A stretch of 64,000 bases of DNA, taken from assembly GCA_046340795.1 (NCBI GenBank), contig JBKDSV010000009.1, forward strand, positions 13,505 through 77,504, read 5' to 3'. Positions 1 through 10,796 of this stretch are shown one piece after another; position 1 is the stretch's first letter, and each line of letters opens with the position of its first letter. Under the pieces are notes generated by a model. The model saw nothing but the letters and a program-made list of their open reading frames with translations, made no database searches and was not told the origin of the DNA. The DNA comes from Cyanobacteriota bacterium (GTDB taxonomy: Bacteria; Cyanobacteriota; Cyanobacteriia; PCC-6307; Cyanobiaceae). The position numbers were made by a program, and so were the translations under genes.

Positions 1-2
1 TT

Positions 3-440
3 ATGGTTGAGTATTACGGAGCGGCAACTCCACTGAAGGCATTGGCGACTCTTTCCACTCCAGATTCACAAACCATTCAGATCCAACCTTTTGATGCTGG
101 ATCGGTGGGGACAATCGAGAAGGCCATCTCAATGAGTGATCTGGGATTAACACCAAATAATGATGGCAGGATGATCCGAATTAACATCCCACCGCTGACG
201 GAAGATCGACGCAAAGATCTCTGCAAGTTGGCGGCAAAGTATGCCGAGGAAGGGAAAGTGTGTCTGCGCAATCTGCGACGAGACGCGATCGATCGGATTA
301 AAAAACAAGAAAAAGAAGGTGAATTATCTGAAGATCAGCTGCGGGATGAGCAGGATAAAATCCAAAAAATCACGGATCGATTCATTGTCGAATTAGAGAA
401 GCTTCTTGTGGACAAGGAAGCGGAAATTCTCAAGGTTTGA
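3..440 (+). CDS. frr: Ribosome recycling factor (5' truncated by window edge)
   Basis: [45 protein letters not shown] are typical RRF motifs. Confidence 0.96.
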   Translation: MVEYYGAATPLKALATLSTPDSQTIQIQPFDAGSVGTIEKAISMSDLGLTPNNDGRMIRINIPPLTEDRRKDLCKLAAKYAEEGKVCLRNLRRDAIDRIKKQEKEGELSEDQLRDEQDKIQKITDRFIVELEKLLVDKEAEILKV

Positions 441-467
441 TTTCCGCTGCTCACGCCCTCTCCGCCC

Positions 468-1610
468 ATGCGCACCCCACAGCCCAGCCCCGTTGACACC
501 ATCATCCTCGGGGCTGGCCCCGCCGGTGCCGCAGCGGCCTTTCATCTCGCGCAACGGGGCAGGACGGTGGTGCTCTGTGAACGGAACCAGCCGGGCCAAG
601 GTAAAGCCTGCGGCGGTGGCATGGCGGCCTCTGTGCAGCGCTGGTTTCCCTTCGACCTGTCGCCGGTTGTGGATCAGGTCATCCGGGAGGTGCGCTTCAC
701 CTGGGCCCTGGACGATCCTGTGCGAGCTGCCCTCCCCGGGGAAGCGCCCTTTTGGATCGTGCGCCGATCGGTCTTGGATGCCTTTCTCGCCGACCGTGCC
801 GCCGAGGCTGGAGCCAGCCTGCGCTATGGCGCGGCGGTGGTTTCCGTGGAGCGTCAGGGAGAGCTCTGGCGCGTGATGGATCAGCATGGTGATGCTCTGC
901 AGGGGCGCAGTCTGCTGATTGCGGATGGATCCAGCTCTCCCCTGGCGGCCCGCCTCGGGCTGGGACCGCCCCGCCCCCGCTTTGCCACCACGCTTTCGCT
1001 GGAGGTGGAGTGTCCGATCCAGGAGCCCGGGGTGGCCGGCTTTGATTTTGGCCTCGTGCCGCAGGGATTTTGCTGGGTCTTTCCTCGTCAGCAGGGGTAC
1101 AGCATTGGCGTGGGCACCTTCCTCGGCGGAGAGGATCTTGATGGTGACGCCGTTCTGCGACGCCTCCTTCCTTTCTTGGGGCTCCCGCTCGACGCGGGTC
1201 AGCGCCGCCCTGCCCGTTTGCGGATCTGGGAGGGCCACCATCCCCTTGATGCCCCTGGTGTGCTAGTCGCGGGTGACGCCGCTTCCCTCTGTGATCCCTT
1301 CTTGGCGGAAGGCCTGCGGCCAGCCCTGATGAGTGGTTGTCAGGCGGCGGCGGCGCTGGAGGGTTGGTTGGGCGGCGATCCGCAGGCGTTGAAGCGCTAT
1401 TCGGCCATCATCCGCCGTGATTGGGGGGAGTCGATGGCCTGGGGTAAACGCATTGCCCAGGTGTTTTATCGTTTCCCCAGGGTGGGCTATCAACTGGGGA
1501 TCAAACGGCCCACGGCTCCCAAGCGGATCGCTCAAATCCTCTCGGGAGAAATGGGGTATGGAGACATTGCCCAACGGGTGATCAAGCGTCTCCTGTTTCA
1601 GAGGGGATGA
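468..1610 (+). CDS. Geranylgeranyl reductase family FAD-dependent oxidoreductase
   Basis: N-terminal GAGPAG, KACGGG, ADGSSS, and VAGDAA..CDPFLAEG motifs. Confidence 0.85.
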   Translation: MRTPQPSPVDTIILGAGPAGAAAAFHLAQRGRTVVLCERNQPGQGKACGGGMAASVQRWFPFDLSPVVDQVIREVRFTWALDDPVRAALPGEAPFWIVRRSVLDAFLADRAAEAGASLRYGAAVVSVERQGELWRVMDQHGDALQGRSLLIADGSSSPLAARLGLGPPRPRFATTLSLEVECPIQEPGVAGFDFGLVPQGFCWVFPRQQGYSIGVGTFLGGEDLDGDAVLRRLLPFLGLPLDAGQRRPARLRIWEGHHPLDAPGVLVAGDAASLCDPFLAEGLRPALMSGCQAAAALEGWLGGDPQALKRYSAIIRRDWGESMAWGKRIAQVFYRFPRVGYQLGIKRPTAPKRIAQILSGEMGYGDIAQRVIKRLLFQRG

Positions 1611-1984
1611 GCGCGATCACAACCCTTTAGATCCCGCAAGCGTTGGTCAATGGATCCGAGGAGCTCAATGGCAAACATTGGAAATTCTTGAACCGCAAAG
1701 AGAAATTTTTCTCTGTTCATCACCAGCAGCTGACAGTCCGTCAGGGCCATGGCATTGCCGAAGCGCCGATGCTCCTGGGTCACCAGGGCACCAGCGCCGA
1801 AGACATCGCCCGCCTGGATGCGTTCGTGGCCGCCATCGCCATTCCAGGTGAGATCGATCGTGCCCTCCAACAGGCCATACATGCAGTCACCGGGTTCTCC
1901 CGAGCGAAACACCAGGCTGCCGGCAGGAACATGAATCACCTCACCGGAGGTGGCGAGGGCCCGTATCGTATCCAATGCGTTCAC
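1598..1984 (-). CDS. Stand-alone cyclic nucleotide-binding (Crp/Fnr-type) domain protein
   Basis: VFRSGEPGDCMYGLLEG...AGDVFGAGAL...RFGNAMALTDC fits a cNMP-binding fold; no HTH tail. Confidence 0.85.
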   Translation of the reverse strand: MNALDTIRALATSGEVIHVPAGSLVFRSGEPGDCMYGLLEGTIDLTWNGDGGHERIQAGDVFGAGALVTQEHRRFGNAMALTDCQLLVMNREKFLFAVQEFPMFAIELLGSIDQRLRDLKGCDRAHPL

Positions 1985-2092
1985 AGATGTTTTGGACTGT
2001 CGAATCAGTCCAATCTAAGGCGGCTTGGTCGATCAAAGGTTAACAACAGTCTAGGAATGCTCTCCAGCCGCAAAGGAGTGCGGCGGAGACGT

Positions 2093-3262
2093 TCAGCGAC
2101 GCACGGAAAGCGCCGCACCCAAGCCACCGCGCACATCATCAGGTGCCAGCCGTCCATCTTGGTCAGTGTCAAGGGCATCAAACACCGCATCACTTCCCAG
2201 CCATTCCTCACGGGTGATGCAGCCGTCACCATCAAGATCATTCAAGAGGAAGATCTCATGCACGGCATGGGTAAAGGCAGCCTTCCCCTCAAGGGCAGCG
2301 AGACGGTGAGCGAGTTGCACCTCCAACGTTTCAATGGCTTTGGAAAAGCCTCGGATGCCTTCGTCGAGCTTTTCACTGGCCATGCGATCCTCCGTCATCA
2401 TGCTGAGGAACAAGGGCTTGTCAACATGAATCTTTTCCTGTGTTTCCCTAGGATTTTTCGCATCAAGCTTGCGTGTCAAAGGACCTTCCTGGTTGCGCAG
2501 TTGTTCCATCAACGCAGGTGCAATCGTTAGCAGATCACAACCGGCCAGTTCAATGATCTCGTCAATGTTACGAAAACTGGCACCCATGACTTCAGTCTTG
2601 TAACCATAGGTTTTAAAGTAATTGTAAATTTTGCTCACAGAGATCACGCCTGGATCCTCAGGGCCAGGAAAACTCTCCCGACCGGTGTTGGCTTTGTACC
2701 AATCCAGGATGCGACCCACAAAGGGGGAAATCAGGGTGACACCGGCTTCTGCACAAGCCACCGCCTGGGCGAATCCGAAGAGCAGGGTGAGGTTGCAGTG
2801 AATGCCTTCCTGTTCCAGCCGTTCGGCAGCGCGGATGCCCTCCCAGGTGGAGGCGACTTTGATCAACACCCGCTTGCGTGACACGCCAGCCTGCTCATAC
2901 AGGCCAATCAGCTTGCGGGCCTTTTGAATCGTGGCTTCCGTGTCGTAGCTGAGTCGCGCATCCACCTCCGTCGAAACGCGGCCGGGAACAATGCGCAGAA
3001 TCTCCTTGCCGAAAGTGACACTGATCTCATCTAGGGCCTCGGCCACCACCTCCTCCACAGGGGCACTCTCCCCCAGCACCTCCCGGGATTCTCTGAGGGT
3101 GCGATCGATCAGCTCCTGATACGTGGGGATCTGGGCGGCGGCGAGGATCAGGGAAGGGTTGGTGGTGGCGTCCCGAGGGGTGAATTGGCGGATGGCCTCA
3201 ATGTCGCCCGTGTCGGCAACGACAACGGTCATCGTTGCCAGTTGTTCAAGCAGGTTGGTCAT
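2093..3262 (-). CDS. tal: Transaldolase with C-terminal EF-hand pair
   Basis: [36 protein letters not shown]; tail contains [12 protein letters not shown] and [12 protein letters not shown]. Confidence 0.96.
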   Translation of the reverse strand: MTNLLEQLATMTVVVADTGDIEAIRQFTPRDATTNPSLILAAAQIPTYQELIDRTLRESREVLGESAPVEEVVAEALDEISVTFGKEILRIVPGRVSTEVDARLSYDTEATIQKARKLIGLYEQAGVSRKRVLIKVASTWEGIRAAERLEQEGIHCNLTLLFGFAQAVACAEAGVTLISPFVGRILDWYKANTGRESFPGPEDPGVISVSKIYNYFKTYGYKTEVMGASFRNIDEIIELAGCDLLTIAPALMEQLRNQEGPLTRKLDAKNPRETQEKIHVDKPLFLSMMTEDRMASEKLDEGIRGFSKAIETLEVQLAHRLAALEGKAAFTHAVHEIFLLNDLDGDGCITREEWLGSDAVFDALDTDQDGRLAPDDVRGGLGAALSVRR

Positions 3263-3368
3263 GCTGATCGTCCGTCCCTGACAGGTCCACGCCTCACGCT
3301 AACCAGCGGATCCCGTTCGACCAACAGTCCCGGGGCGGCTTGTGGGAATCCATACAAGCGCAGAACCC

Positions 3369-5240
3369 TCAACCTTGGGACCGGGCCCGCTGTGGCTTGG
3401 GCTGGAGGCGGTCGGGCTGGGAGGGGGGAACCTTTTCCAGCACGAGCAGCGCTTCCACGATCTGTCGGGCTACGGGCAGGGCCACGGTGGATCCATAGGC
3501 GTTGCCGCCCTGGGGTTCATCCATCACCACCAAGACGACATAGCGCGGCTGCTCAACCGGCAGGATGGCGACAAAACTGGTGATTCTCGCTCCAGGAATG
3601 TAGACGCCATTGCGGGCTTTCTGGGCCGTGCCTGTTTTGCCGCCGATGCGGTAGCCAGGAATCTTGGTGCCTTTGCCGGTGCCTCTGTCCACCACGCTTT
3701 CCATCCAATGGACCACCTGCCGCGTGACTTTTGGATCCAACAACTGAACGCCCGTCTGCATCGGCGTTGTCGCCAGTCCGTCTCCTGAGCGCAGACCGCG
3801 GGTGATGTGGGGACTCACCAAGCGGCCACCGTTGGCAAGCATGGCGTGCAGCTGAACCAGTTTTAACGGGGTGAGGGAAAAGCCTTGGCCAAAGGCGGCA
3901 GTGGCGGGTTCGATCGGGCTGGAGGTGAATTCCTGCTTGGATTTCAGCTGGCCGGCGACGGCGCCAGGGAGATCGGTGTCGGGAACATCATTGATGCCAA
4001 GGGTGTTGAGCCATCGCCAAAAGGTTTCAGGCTTCAGACGGCTCATGGCGCCCACCATGCCCACATTGCTGGACACCTGCAGCACCGTGGGGAAATCGAT
4101 CACGCCGTTGGCCCGACGATCCGCATTGAAGATCGGCCAGCCACCAATCGTCAGCTGGCCCACGTCATTGACGGTGCCATTGGGCTGAATCGCCCTCTCT
4201 TGCAAAGCGATTGCCAGATTGATTGGTTTGAAGGTTGAACCGGGCTCGTAGAGATCCTGGACAGACCACTCGCGAAAGGAACCTGGATTGAATTCCCAAT
4301 AGCGATTGGGATCGTAGGTGGGGGCGGAGGCCAGAGCGAGCAACTCGCCGCTCTGGGCATCCATCACCAAGGCGACGCCACGTTTCGCTTTCCATTGCTT
4401 CATCTGTTTCGCCACAGCCTGCTGGGCAACCAGCTGCAGACGGGAATCCAGCGTCAGCTGCAGGCGCAGGTCGTCGCCGTAGAGCGATCCCGCCTGCAAG
4501 CCGTCTGGAAGCGGGGTGCCATCGCCGCCGCGCCGCATGCGGAAGATGGTTTCCTGCCGTTTCAAATCCCCATCGCGGCTCTGTTCCAATCCGGCTTGGG
4601 GGACCCGATCCAGATTGAGAAAACCCACCACATTGGCGAAGAGGGAACCCTGGGGATAGATCCGCTGGGGATAGGCCTCCAGATCCAACCCACTGATTTC
4701 CAGTCGCTTCACCTTGGCGGCCGTATCTGGATCGAGGTTGGTCGCCAGCTTCACGCCGCTTTGCCTGCCTTCCAGGGCATTCAGCAGCTCCCCGCGGGGG
4801 CGGCCCAAAGCGGTCGCCACCTTGGTCATCACCTCCTGGGGAGTCCGTCGAAGCGTGCTGGCGTCGCCAGGAAAACTGAAATAGCGGGGATGGGCCCAGA
4901 GGGTGTAGCGCTCCTCATCAATCGCCACCAAACGACCGACGCGGTCCACAATCGTGCGGCGTGTGCCGAGCGGCTTGACGGACTGCGTCTGAATCTGACG
5001 CGCCTTGCTTTGCAACGCGTCGCCCTGCAACACCTGCAGCCAAACCAAACGCCCGACCAGACCGCTCAAGGCAAGGCACAACAACCCATACACCCAGAAC
5101 AGCCGGGCGGAGGGCACCGGCTGGGAGGGATGGGAGCGGTTCCCATGGGTCCTGGGGCGACCCTCGCCACCTGCCACCCTCCGTTCCGATCGTCCTGGAC
5201 GACCGGGTGGATGTCTGCGGGTGGTGAGGTCTGCCATCAA
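3369..5240 (-). CDS. ftsI: Penicillin-binding protein FtsI/PBP3-like transpeptidase
   Basis: N-terminal TM helix, YEPGSTFK (SxxK), SSN, GGKTGTAQK. Confidence 0.92.
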   Translation of the reverse strand: MMADLTTRRHPPGRPGRSERRVAGGEGRPRTHGNRSHPSQPVPSARLFWVYGLLCLALSGLVGRLVWLQVLQGDALQSKARQIQTQSVKPLGTRRTIVDRVGRLVAIDEERYTLWAHPRYFSFPGDASTLRRTPQEVMTKVATALGRPRGELLNALEGRQSGVKLATNLDPDTAAKVKRLEISGLDLEAYPQRIYPQGSLFANVVGFLNLDRVPQAGLEQSRDGDLKRQETIFRMRRGGDGTPLPDGLQAGSLYGDDLRLQLTLDSRLQLVAQQAVAKQMKQWKAKRGVALVMDAQSGELLALASAPTYDPNRYWEFNPGSFREWSVQDLYEPGSTFKPINLAIALQERAIQPNGTVNDVGQLTIGGWPIFNADRRANGVIDFPTVLQVSSNVGMVGAMSRLKPETFWRWLNTLGINDVPDTDLPGAVAGQLKSKQEFTSSPIEPATAAFGQGFSLTPLKLVQLHAMLANGGRLVSPHITRGLRSGDGLATTPMQTGVQLLDPKVTRQVVHWMESVVDRGTGKGTKIPGYRIGGKTGTAQKARNGVYIPGARITSFVAILPVEQPRYVVLVVMDEPQGGNAYGSTVALPVARQIVEALLVLEKVPPSQPDRLQPKPQRARSQG

Positions 5241-5764
5241 AAGCCGGCGCGAAGAGGAGGGATGGCCCGTCCATGGAGTTGACGACCCATCACCAGGCCG
5301 GTCAAGAGGGGATGCAGCGGTTTGGATGTGGCCCGAGCGGGCTCGGGAAGGTGGATCAAAGTCTCACTGCTGGTGGGCAACAGCTGACCGGGACGGCGCA
5401 TGGAACCGATGTGATGCTGCTCCAGAACCGAGGCCGATTCATTCAGTCGGTGCTCAAGCACCTTGGCCGCCTCAAGCTGGGAGTAGTTCTTTGCCCATTG
5501 GTTTTGCCAATGCAACGCCAGAGCGCTCAACCCCAGCAAAGAGGCGCCAAGACCAATCAGGGCCCCTGTGGAAATCCTGTGAAGACTGGCCAACAGGGGA
5601 GATTGGCGCTCCACCCGGCGACCGCTCAGGGAACCCTGAATCAACTGCAAGGAGCGTTCCCCCAACGGGGATAGCTGCGCCTTCGACGTTCGCCTGCCCC
5701 GGGAGCGCTGGGAGTGCGAAGGCACGGGGAGAAGGGAAGAAGGGGTGGAAGGCGAGGCGACCAA
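5237..5764 (-). CDS. Conserved membrane protein upstream of ftsI (possible FtsL-like); start uncertain
   Basis: Single TM helix followed by coiled-coil-like segment; stop overlaps ftsI start by 4 nt. Confidence 0.6.
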   Translation of the reverse strand: MVASPSTPSSLLPVPSHSQRSRGRRTSKAQLSPLGERSLQLIQGSLSGRRVERQSPLLASLHRISTGALIGLGASLLGLSALALHWQNQWAKNYSQLEAAKVLEHRLNESASVLEQHHIGSMRRPGQLLPTSSETLIHLPEPARATSKPLHPLLTGLVMGRQLHGRAIPPLRAGF

Positions 5765-5838
5765 GGGAAGGGGCCCGAAAGCTGTGCAAGTGAACCATCC
5801 CACGGGCCTCTCAGCAAGGACCTGCCTTCAACTCGCCA

Positions 5839-7281
5839 TCAGCGCGAGAGCAGAAGCAAGTTGAAAAACGTCAGGCCATTCCACAACGCGTGCAGACAAA
5901 CGGAGGCCGCCAAGCGTCCCGTCTGCCAGCGCAGTAGGCCCAAACCCACGCCCAAAACTGACAGGGGCACCAACTCAGCGAGGCTGAGATGGGCGATCGC
6001 AAAGATCAAAGCGCTGATCAGCACTGCCCAGCCGGCCCCCAGCTGGCGTGCCACTACGGGCAGCAGCACACCGCGAAACAGGATTTCCTCAAAGAAGGGG
6101 GCAAGCACTATCGCCGTCAGGGCGAAGGCCAGCAGGGCCCAACCATCGGAGGTCCCCAGCACCATCTCCAACAGGGGATTGGTGCCGCCGGGATCGCTCC
6201 ACAGCAGTTGCGACAACCAACTGACCAGGGCCACCAAGGGAAGCACCATCAACACCATCTTCAAGGCCGGCTGGACAACGGCGCCAGCCGGGCGCCAGCC
6301 CCACTGCAGCCAGCCGCCCGAGGGAGGCCGGGGCTCCCGGGGCAACAACAGGGCCAGAAGCCCCAGGGGGGCCACCATCAGCGTCAGATAGCTCGCCAAC
6401 ACCTCCAGTCCCTGGCGGGCGGTCGCAGAGAGTGGCCAGGCAGCCAACACGCCCTTCAGGCCCGCCTGCGTGAAGGACGGCAGCACCACCTCGCCAGCCA
6501 AGACAAAACCGCCGGCGATCACCAAGGTGACGTCCACCAAGGAGAGGGGAGGCCCGACCAGGGCAGGGGGCGCAGGCAGGCGCCCCCTCCACAGAAGCCA
6601 GAGCTGGCGACTGAGCAGCCCCGCTCCCACCAGCAACAGCAGGGCTGGCAGGAGCGTGAGCGCGAGCAGGCGAAGCGCCAGCCAGGGGGCCAGGCGATGG
6701 GCGGGGCAGGCGGTCGTGGGGCCGCCCAGTTGTTCGCAGCTCAATTGGGCCACCAGGCTGTGCTCCCCCCACGGCGCCAGGAGGGCCTCGCGCTCGCCAG
6801 GGCTCACCGTCGCTCCCCGTTCCAGGGCCCGCAGGAGCGGGCGACGCTCGCTGTTCACCAGGGGGATGAGCTCAGCCAGGGAGGAATCCGTGGCGTGTTG
6901 GGCCTGGTCGTCGCGACCGTGTTGCAGCAGGAGCCGTTCCAGCCGTTGGGCCGCAAGGGGGGGGGAGGAGCGATCCTGCAGTCGTTCCCCGAGCGCGTCC
7001 ATCAGAGCTCCCCGGGGGTCCTCCCCCACCAGGAGCGGGCGCAGGGAGGGGGGCAGGGCCTCGTCCGCCAACACGGCGAGCTCCAGCTGCCGGAGATCCA
7101 AGGCGTCAACCACCGAGGGACGCGAGAGGCTCTCCCGCAACCCGCTGATCCAGATCAGGACGCTGAGGGCGAGGGCCATCAGCGCCAGGAGACCCTTCCA
7201 GCTCCCCAGCCCTGCGCGGGGAGCGGGCCCTCCTGGCGGGGGAGCGTGACGGGGGGGCAGAGCGGGGGCCGGAGCAGCCAA
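5839..7281 (-). CDS. CPBP/CAAX (Abi) family intramembrane metalloprotease; start approximate
   Basis: APFFEEILFRG, FAIAH, HALWN motifs; multiple TM helices. Confidence 0.9.
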   Translation of the reverse strand: MAAPAPALPPRHAPPPGGPAPRAGLGSWKGLLALMALALSVLIWISGLRESLSRPSVVDALDLRQLELAVLADEALPPSLRPLLVGEDPRGALMDALGERLQDRSSPPLAAQRLERLLLQHGRDDQAQHATDSSLAELIPLVNSERRPLLRALERGATVSPGEREALLAPWGEHSLVAQLSCEQLGGPTTACPAHRLAPWLALRLLALTLLPALLLLVGAGLLSRQLWLLWRGRLPAPPALVGPPLSLVDVTLVIAGGFVLAGEVVLPSFTQAGLKGVLAAWPLSATARQGLEVLASYLTLMVAPLGLLALLLPREPRPPSGGWLQWGWRPAGAVVQPALKMVLMVLPLVALVSWLSQLLWSDPGGTNPLLEMVLGTSDGWALLAFALTAIVLAPFFEEILFRGVLLPVVARQLGAGWAVLISALIFAIAHLSLAELVPLSVLGVGLGLLRWQTGRLAASVCLHALWNGLTFFNLLLLSR

Positions 7282-7356
7282 GCGGGGATCAGCAAGGAAA
7301 GCGGTGCCCTGGATTCTCGTCCCATACAGTTGCCGCCGTTGGACCCCCTCTTGGCC

Positions 7357-8697
7357 GTGCCCCTTCGCCTCGTGCTCGTGCGTCATGGCTTGAGCACCTT
7401 CAACATGGAGCAGCGAATTCAGGGGCGTGATGACCTCTCCGCCCTCGCGCCGGAGGGCCGCCACCAGGCCCAACTGACGGGGGTCGCCCTGCGAGATGTG
7501 CCCATCTCCGCGCTCTACAGCTCACCGCTGACCCGGGCCCGGGACACGGCGGAGCTGCTGGCGCAGGCGGCCGGCCTGACGCTCGCGCCCCGGCTGGAGG
7601 TGGATCTGCTGGAGGTGGATCTCTCGCCCTGGAGCGGCTTGCGACGCCAGGAGGTGAAGGATCGCCATCCCGAGCAGGCGCGGATCTGGCAGGTGGCTCC
7701 CGAAACCCTGGAGCTGGAGCGTGCCGATGGCAGCCGTTATCGCCCCCTGCCGGAGCTGATGGAACAGGCAGGGCGGTTCGTGGAACGCCTGTTGGCGATC
7801 CACCGCGAAGCCCTGGCCGCCGGGTCGAGCGAGGGTGTGCTGGTGGTGGCCCACAACGCCATCCTGCGGGCCCTGGTGCTGCAGTTGCTGGGCCTGGACG
7901 CCAAGGGCTTCCGACGGCTGCGGATGGACAACGCGGCCATCTCGGTGCTCAACCTCAGCCAGGAGGAGGGAGCAGCCCCTGTGGTGCAGCTGGAATCCCT
8001 GAACAATTCCTCCCACCTGGGCGCAGCGTTGCCGCCAGCCCGGGGCAGGCGGCTGGTGTTGGTGCGGCACGGCGAAACGGAGTGGAATCGGGAAGGACGT
8101 TTTCAAGGGCAGATCGACATCCCCCTCAATGCCCGGGGCGTCCGCCAGGCCGAGGCGGCCCGGGAGTTTCTGGCTCCAGTGGCGATTCACAGGGCCTACA
8201 CCAGCAGGATGGCCCGCCCTCGCCAGACGGCGGAGGTGATTTTGGCGGAGCATCCCGGTGTGCCCCTCACCAGCACCAGCGGCCTGGTGGAGATCGGTCA
8301 CGGCCGCTGGGAAGGCCGGCTGGAAGCGGAGATCGCCGCCACCTGGCCCGAGCTGTTGACCGCCTGGAAACAGGAGCCCCACACCGTGACCATGCCCGAC
8401 GGCGAGACGCTGCAACAGGTCTGGGATCGTTCCCTGGCGACCTGGCAGGCCATCGTACGCGGCCTGGCGGCGGAGGAAACAGCCTTGGTGGTGGCCCATG
8501 ACGCGGTCAACAAGACCATCCTCTGCGCTCTGTTGGGGCTCTCTGCCGCGGACATCTGGATGGTCAAGCAGGGCAACGGAGGGGTGAGCGTGGTCGACTA
8601 TCCCCATGGCCCCGTCGGCCCACCGGTGGTGTGTTGCCTCAATCTCACGGGGCACCTGGGGGGGGTGCTGGATCGCACCGCCGCGGGCGCCCTCTGA
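7357..8697 (+). CDS. Histidine phosphatase (phosphoglycerate mutase-like), two tandem domains
   Basis: Two LVLVRHG motifs (VRHGLS and VRHGETEWN), VVAH; GTG start at 7357 inside the longer called ORF. Confidence 0.92.
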   Translation: MPLRLVLVRHGLSTFNMEQRIQGRDDLSALAPEGRHQAQLTGVALRDVPISALYSSPLTRARDTAELLAQAAGLTLAPRLEVDLLEVDLSPWSGLRRQEVKDRHPEQARIWQVAPETLELERADGSRYRPLPELMEQAGRFVERLLAIHREALAAGSSEGVLVVAHNAILRALVLQLLGLDAKGFRRLRMDNAAISVLNLSQEEGAAPVVQLESLNNSSHLGAALPPARGRRLVLVRHGETEWNREGRFQGQIDIPLNARGVRQAEAAREFLAPVAIHRAYTSRMARPRQTAEVILAEHPGVPLTSTSGLVEIGHGRWEGRLEAEIAATWPELLTAWKQEPHTVTMPDGETLQQVWDRSLATWQAIVRGLAAEETALVVAHDAVNKTILCALLGLSAADIWMVKQGNGGVSVVDYPHGPVGPPVVCCLNLTGHLGGVLDRTAAGAL

Positions 8698-8710
8698 TCC
8701 GGAACTGTTC

Positions 8711-10000
8711 ATGGCTTCCGCCCTGCTCCTGCGCCAGGTTCATGTGCTTGAGGGGCCGGCGCTGCCGCCGTCGCGGCGGGATGTGTGGCTGGAGGGTCGG
8801 CGACTGATGGGCTGGACCCTGCCGACTCCCGCAGGTCCAACCAGCCCGCTGGACCTGCGGGAAATGGATGGAAGCGGCTGGTGGCTGGCCCCTCCCCTGG
8901 TCGATCCGCACAGCGTTCTGGAAGACCCCTGGCTGGGTCGCAGCGAAACGCTGGAGAGCCTGGCGATCGCCGCGGCCACAGGGGGCTATGGCACGGTCGC
9001 CCTGCTCCCTTGGGCTCGGCCCTGGCGGGATCGTCCGGAACGGCTGTCGCTCACCTGGCCCGAGCCGCTGCGGCTGGCTCTCTGGGGCAGCTTCAGCGCT
9101 GCGGGCGCCGATGTCGATCTGGCGCTCCATGCTGAACAGATCGCCGCTGGCGCCCTCGGCCTCGCCGGATCCGACCAGCTGCCGCCCCTGGCGCTTCTGG
9201 AGCGGGGTCTGCGGCTTGGGGAAATGGGAAATCGCCCCGTGCTGCTGGCCCCTCGGGACCCTTCCCTGAGCCAGGAGGGGTTTGTGCGGGAGCGGGTGGA
9301 GGCCCTGCGGGCGGGATGGCCCACGGATCCAGCCCTCAGTGAAACCCTGCCCCTGCAAACCCTGCTCAATTTGCGCGCGGCCCATCCAAAGGTCAGCCTG
9401 CGGCTGATGAATCTCTCGACGGCGGAAGCCGTCACGCTGTTGCGTCACCATCCCGATCCGCCTCCCGCCAGCGTCAGCTGGTGGCACCTGCTGGCGGACA
9501 GTGGCGGTTTGCACCCGGCGGATGAAGGCTGGCGGGTGCTGCCCTCCCTCGGGGGGGCCGGGGATCGGCAGGCCCTGATCCAGGGGCTCCGTGATGGTGT
9601 GTTGAGCGCTGTGGCGGTGCACCATCAGCCACTGGACGCGGAGGAGCAGCGGCTGCCGTTGGATCAGCGAAAAGCGGGGGTGGCAGGCCATGGGATCGCC
9701 CTCCCCCTGCTCTGGAGGGAATGGGTGGAGCGGCGGAGCTGGCCCGTGGAGGCGCTGTGGCAGGCGATGAGCTGGGGACCCAGCCGCTTCCTTGACCTGC
9801 CCCCGGAGCGCCTGACGGCTGGCACGCAGCGTTGGCTGCTCTGGGATCCAGAGCACAGCTGGTGTCCAACCCCGGGGGAGACGGGATCCCTGGCCGCAAA
9901 CGGGCCCACCCTCCCCGCAGAGGGAGTGAAGGGTCGCGTTATCGCTTCGGGGCTGTTGCCGCAGGCTCGCTGGCCTCTTGCAGAGAGCCTGCGCTGTTGA
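8711..10000 (+). CDS. pyrC: Dihydroorotase-like amidohydrolase
   Basis: PPLVDPHSVL, GGYGTV, picocyanobacterial pyrC-like sequence beside lepB; metal-binding motifs look degenerate. Confidence 0.75.
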   Translation: MASALLLRQVHVLEGPALPPSRRDVWLEGRRLMGWTLPTPAGPTSPLDLREMDGSGWWLAPPLVDPHSVLEDPWLGRSETLESLAIAAATGGYGTVALLPWARPWRDRPERLSLTWPEPLRLALWGSFSAAGADVDLALHAEQIAAGALGLAGSDQLPPLALLERGLRLGEMGNRPVLLAPRDPSLSQEGFVRERVEALRAGWPTDPALSETLPLQTLLNLRAAHPKVSLRLMNLSTAEAVTLLRHHPDPPPASVSWWHLLADSGGLHPADEGWRVLPSLGGAGDRQALIQGLRDGVLSAVAVHHQPLDAEEQRLPLDQRKAGVAGHGIALPLLWREWVERRSWPVEALWQAMSWGPSRFLDLPPERLTAGTQRWLLWDPEHSWCPTPGETGSLAANGPTLPAEGVKGRVIASGLLPQARWPLAESLRC

Positions 10001-10733
10001 GGGGGAAAAAGCGCCAGAAGGCCCGGCCGATGATCTCCCTGTGAGGCAGGAACGGTCCTCCGGGCCAGAAGCGGGCGTCCCAGCTGTTGCCGCGGTTGTC
10101 CCCCAACACGAGCACCTGGTTCGGGGGGACAAGCACATCCAGGGTGGGACAGGGTCCCATGCCCTTGGAATCCACAGGACAGGTGTTTTTCACATAGGGC
10201 TCGCGCAGACGCCGTCCGTTGATCGTCACCAGTCCCCGCGGATCCACCACAACCCGGTCAGAGGGGATGCCGATCACGCGCTTGATGTAGGCGTCACAGG
10301 CTGGCTCCTGCAACCCCAGCAGGGGGCCCAGCAGGGGGATGTTCACCAGCAGGCAGCCGAGGGGGCCTGGACGATGTTGAGCCGCCAGGACGGGATCAAA
10401 GTGGTGAGGCGCATGAAACACCACAATCTCGCCGCGCCGCGGCGGACGTCCGCGGTAGCTGAGTTTTTCCACCAGGAGCCGATCCTGCAGCTGCAAACCC
10501 GGCAACATCGAACCGGAGGGGATGTAGCGGGCTTCGACCACAAATTGCCGGATGCCCAGGGCGACGGCGAGGGTGAGCAGGATGCTGCGCCAGAACGCCC
10601 ACGGATCCTCCCGCTCCTGGGGTGCCTGGTCATGGGGGGAAGAATGGCGCGGGCTGGGTGAGACCTGCTGGTCCGATGGACGGGGAGACACGTCCGGGGA
10701 TGGAGGTGGGTGCTTCGGATCCTGGCTGGTCAA
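9939..10733 (-). CDS. lepB: Signal peptidase I; start approximate
   Basis: YIPSGSM (Ser), YIKRVIG (Lys), VLGDNRGNSWD, IIGRA. Confidence 0.95.
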   Translation of the reverse strand: MTSQDPKHPPPSPDVSPRPSDQQVSPSPRHSSPHDQAPQEREDPWAFWRSILLTLAVALGIRQFVVEARYIPSGSMLPGLQLQDRLLVEKLSYRGRPPRRGEIVVFHAPHHFDPVLAAQHRPGPLGCLLVNIPLLGPLLGLQEPACDAYIKRVIGIPSDRVVVDPRGLVTINGRRLREPYVKNTCPVDSKGMGPCPTLDVLVPPNQVLVLGDNRGNSWDARFWPGGPFLPHREIIGRAFWRFFPLNSAGSLQEASEPAATAPKR

Positions 10734-10796
10734 AGTGAAGGGTCTGCGAAATCCCTGAACGGGAGGCAGATTAGTCTCACATCCCCGCGCGCAGCC

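Noticed and set aside
5989-7356. N-terminal 456 aa of the 902-aa ORF 5989-8697
   Set aside because: It is the antisense shadow of the CPBP protease; recognisable phosphatase sequence starts only at GTG 7357.
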